DNA of 64,000 nucleotides from Minisyncoccota bacterium (lineage in GTDB: Bacteria; Patescibacteriota; Minisyncoccia; Phycocordibacterales; WO2-35-19). The position numbers and the translations under genes were made by a program. Positions 63,352 through 64,000 of the stretch are shown in pieces. The notes under the pieces were generated by a model. It made no database searches and had not been told where the DNA came from. It saw only the letters and a program-made list of their open reading frames with translations. Numbering within the stretch: the first letter of the stretch is position 1; every line of letters starts with the position of its first letter. The stretch is taken from contig JBAYKK010000003.1 in assembly GCA_041664625.1 (NCBI GenBank), forward strand, positions 4,331 to 68,330, in the 5' to 3' direction.

Positions 63352-64000
63352 TTACACAAAGATCTGCTTGCGGGTCAGGCGCTGATAGATCTCGCAACTT
63401 GTCGCGAGTTCTTCGTGGGTGCCTTGACCCACGATCTTGCCCTTGTCGAAAACGATCACTTTGTCCACGTTTCGGATCGTGCTGAAACGATGGGCAATGA
63501 TGATGGTCGTCCGACCACGAGAGGCTCTCTCGATGGACTCTTGGATGAGACTCTCGTTCTCGGAGTCGAGGCTACTGGTCGCCTCGTCAAAGATCAGGAT
63601 GTCTGGTTCTTTGATAAGCGCTCGAGCGATACCGACTCGTTGCCGTTCGCCACCACTGAGCTTCACTCCCCGCTCGCCGATATGGGTGTCAAACCCCTTT
63701 TCCAGCCGACCAAAAAATCGGTCGATGCAGGACATCTCAGCGATTCTGTGAAGTTCCCTGTCGCTGATTTCGGTCGCTCGGCCATTGAGACCGTAAGTCA
63801 TGTTGTAGCGCAATGACTGATCAAAAAGCGCTACGTCTTGATCCACGATCCCGATCGATGATCGGAAATGCTTGAGATCAAGCAACCGCAGGTCATTGCC
63901 GTCTACGATGATTTGGCCAATCTCCGGATCTTGCGCCCGGATGATAGCTTTGACCAAAGTAGACTTACCGGCACCGGACTCGCCCACGAAGGCGACGGTC
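63352..64000 (-). CDS. ABC transporter ATP-binding domain (exporter type; N-terminal part beyond window end)
   Basis: Walker A GESGAGKST at the window edge, LSGGERQR signature, Walker B ILIFDEATS, H-loop; GC ~55% (foreign-looking). Confidence 0.8.
   Translation of the reverse strand, partial: TVAFVGESGAGKSTLVKAIIRAQDPEIGQIIVDGNDLRLLDLKHFRSSIGIVDQDVALFDQSLRYNMTYGLNGRATEISDRELHRIAEMSCIDRFFGRLEKGFDTHIGERGVKLSGGERQRVGIARALIKEPDILIFDEATSSLDSENESLIQESIERASRGRTTIIIAHRFSTIRNVDKVIVFDKGKIVGQGTHEELATSCEIYQRLTRKQIFV

Noticed and set aside
1-64000. CRISPR arrays, rRNA genes, tRNA genes
   Set aside because: No regularly spaced direct repeats. No 16S/23S/5S signature stretches. The only T-loop-like GTTCGATTC string (6847-6855) lies inside the scpA-flanking repeat and lacks acceptor, D or anticodon arms.

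Overview
AT-rich (~35-38% GC), compact, mostly minus-strand chromosomal segment with the gene content of a Patescibacteria/CPR-like bacterium. It carries a reduced dcw cluster (murG-ftsW-mraY plus an S11 carboxypeptidase), scpAB, gltX, aspS, trpS, alaS, leuS, the grpE-dnaK-dnaJ operon, the ribosomal alpha-operon (infA-rpmJ-rpsM-rpsK-rpsD-rpoA-rplQ-rplM-rpsI), ychF, typA, mnmA, mltG, pyrD, a cold-shock protein, a DEAD-box helicase, and a two-component system beside an ECF sigma factor. The accessory content beyond the core genes is as follows. (1) Two paralogous ~40-aa acidic Cys-containing peptide genes, each behind a ~100-nt near-identical promoter/leader, bracket an M16 peptidase and sit next to a SET-domain protein, a 6-TM membrane protein and an orphan multi-TM histidine kinase. 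(2) A two-gene nuclease module: an ATP-cone domain fused to an Mrr-like PD-(D/E)xK nuclease, plus a Cas4-like Fe-S nuclease. (3) A 54-bp perfect inverted repeat precisely flanks scpA, and a related promoter-hairpin-RBS cassette is duplicated upstream of two nuclease/transglutaminase-fold genes. (4) Several GC-rich (50-55% GC) islands look horizontally acquired: a zinc-ribbon protein, a signal-peptide beta-rich protein, a HAD hydrolase, a GC3-skewed ORF and an ABC exporter. (5) A 44-aa Cys/Trp-rich peptide gene sits under a consensus sigma70 promoter. (6) Two candidate sRNAs have their own promoter and terminator. (7) A CYTH gene is split by a -1 frameshift at an A AAA AAC heptamer. No CRISPR array, rRNA or convincing tRNA was seen. 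All coordinates were read by eye and may be off by 1-3 nt.
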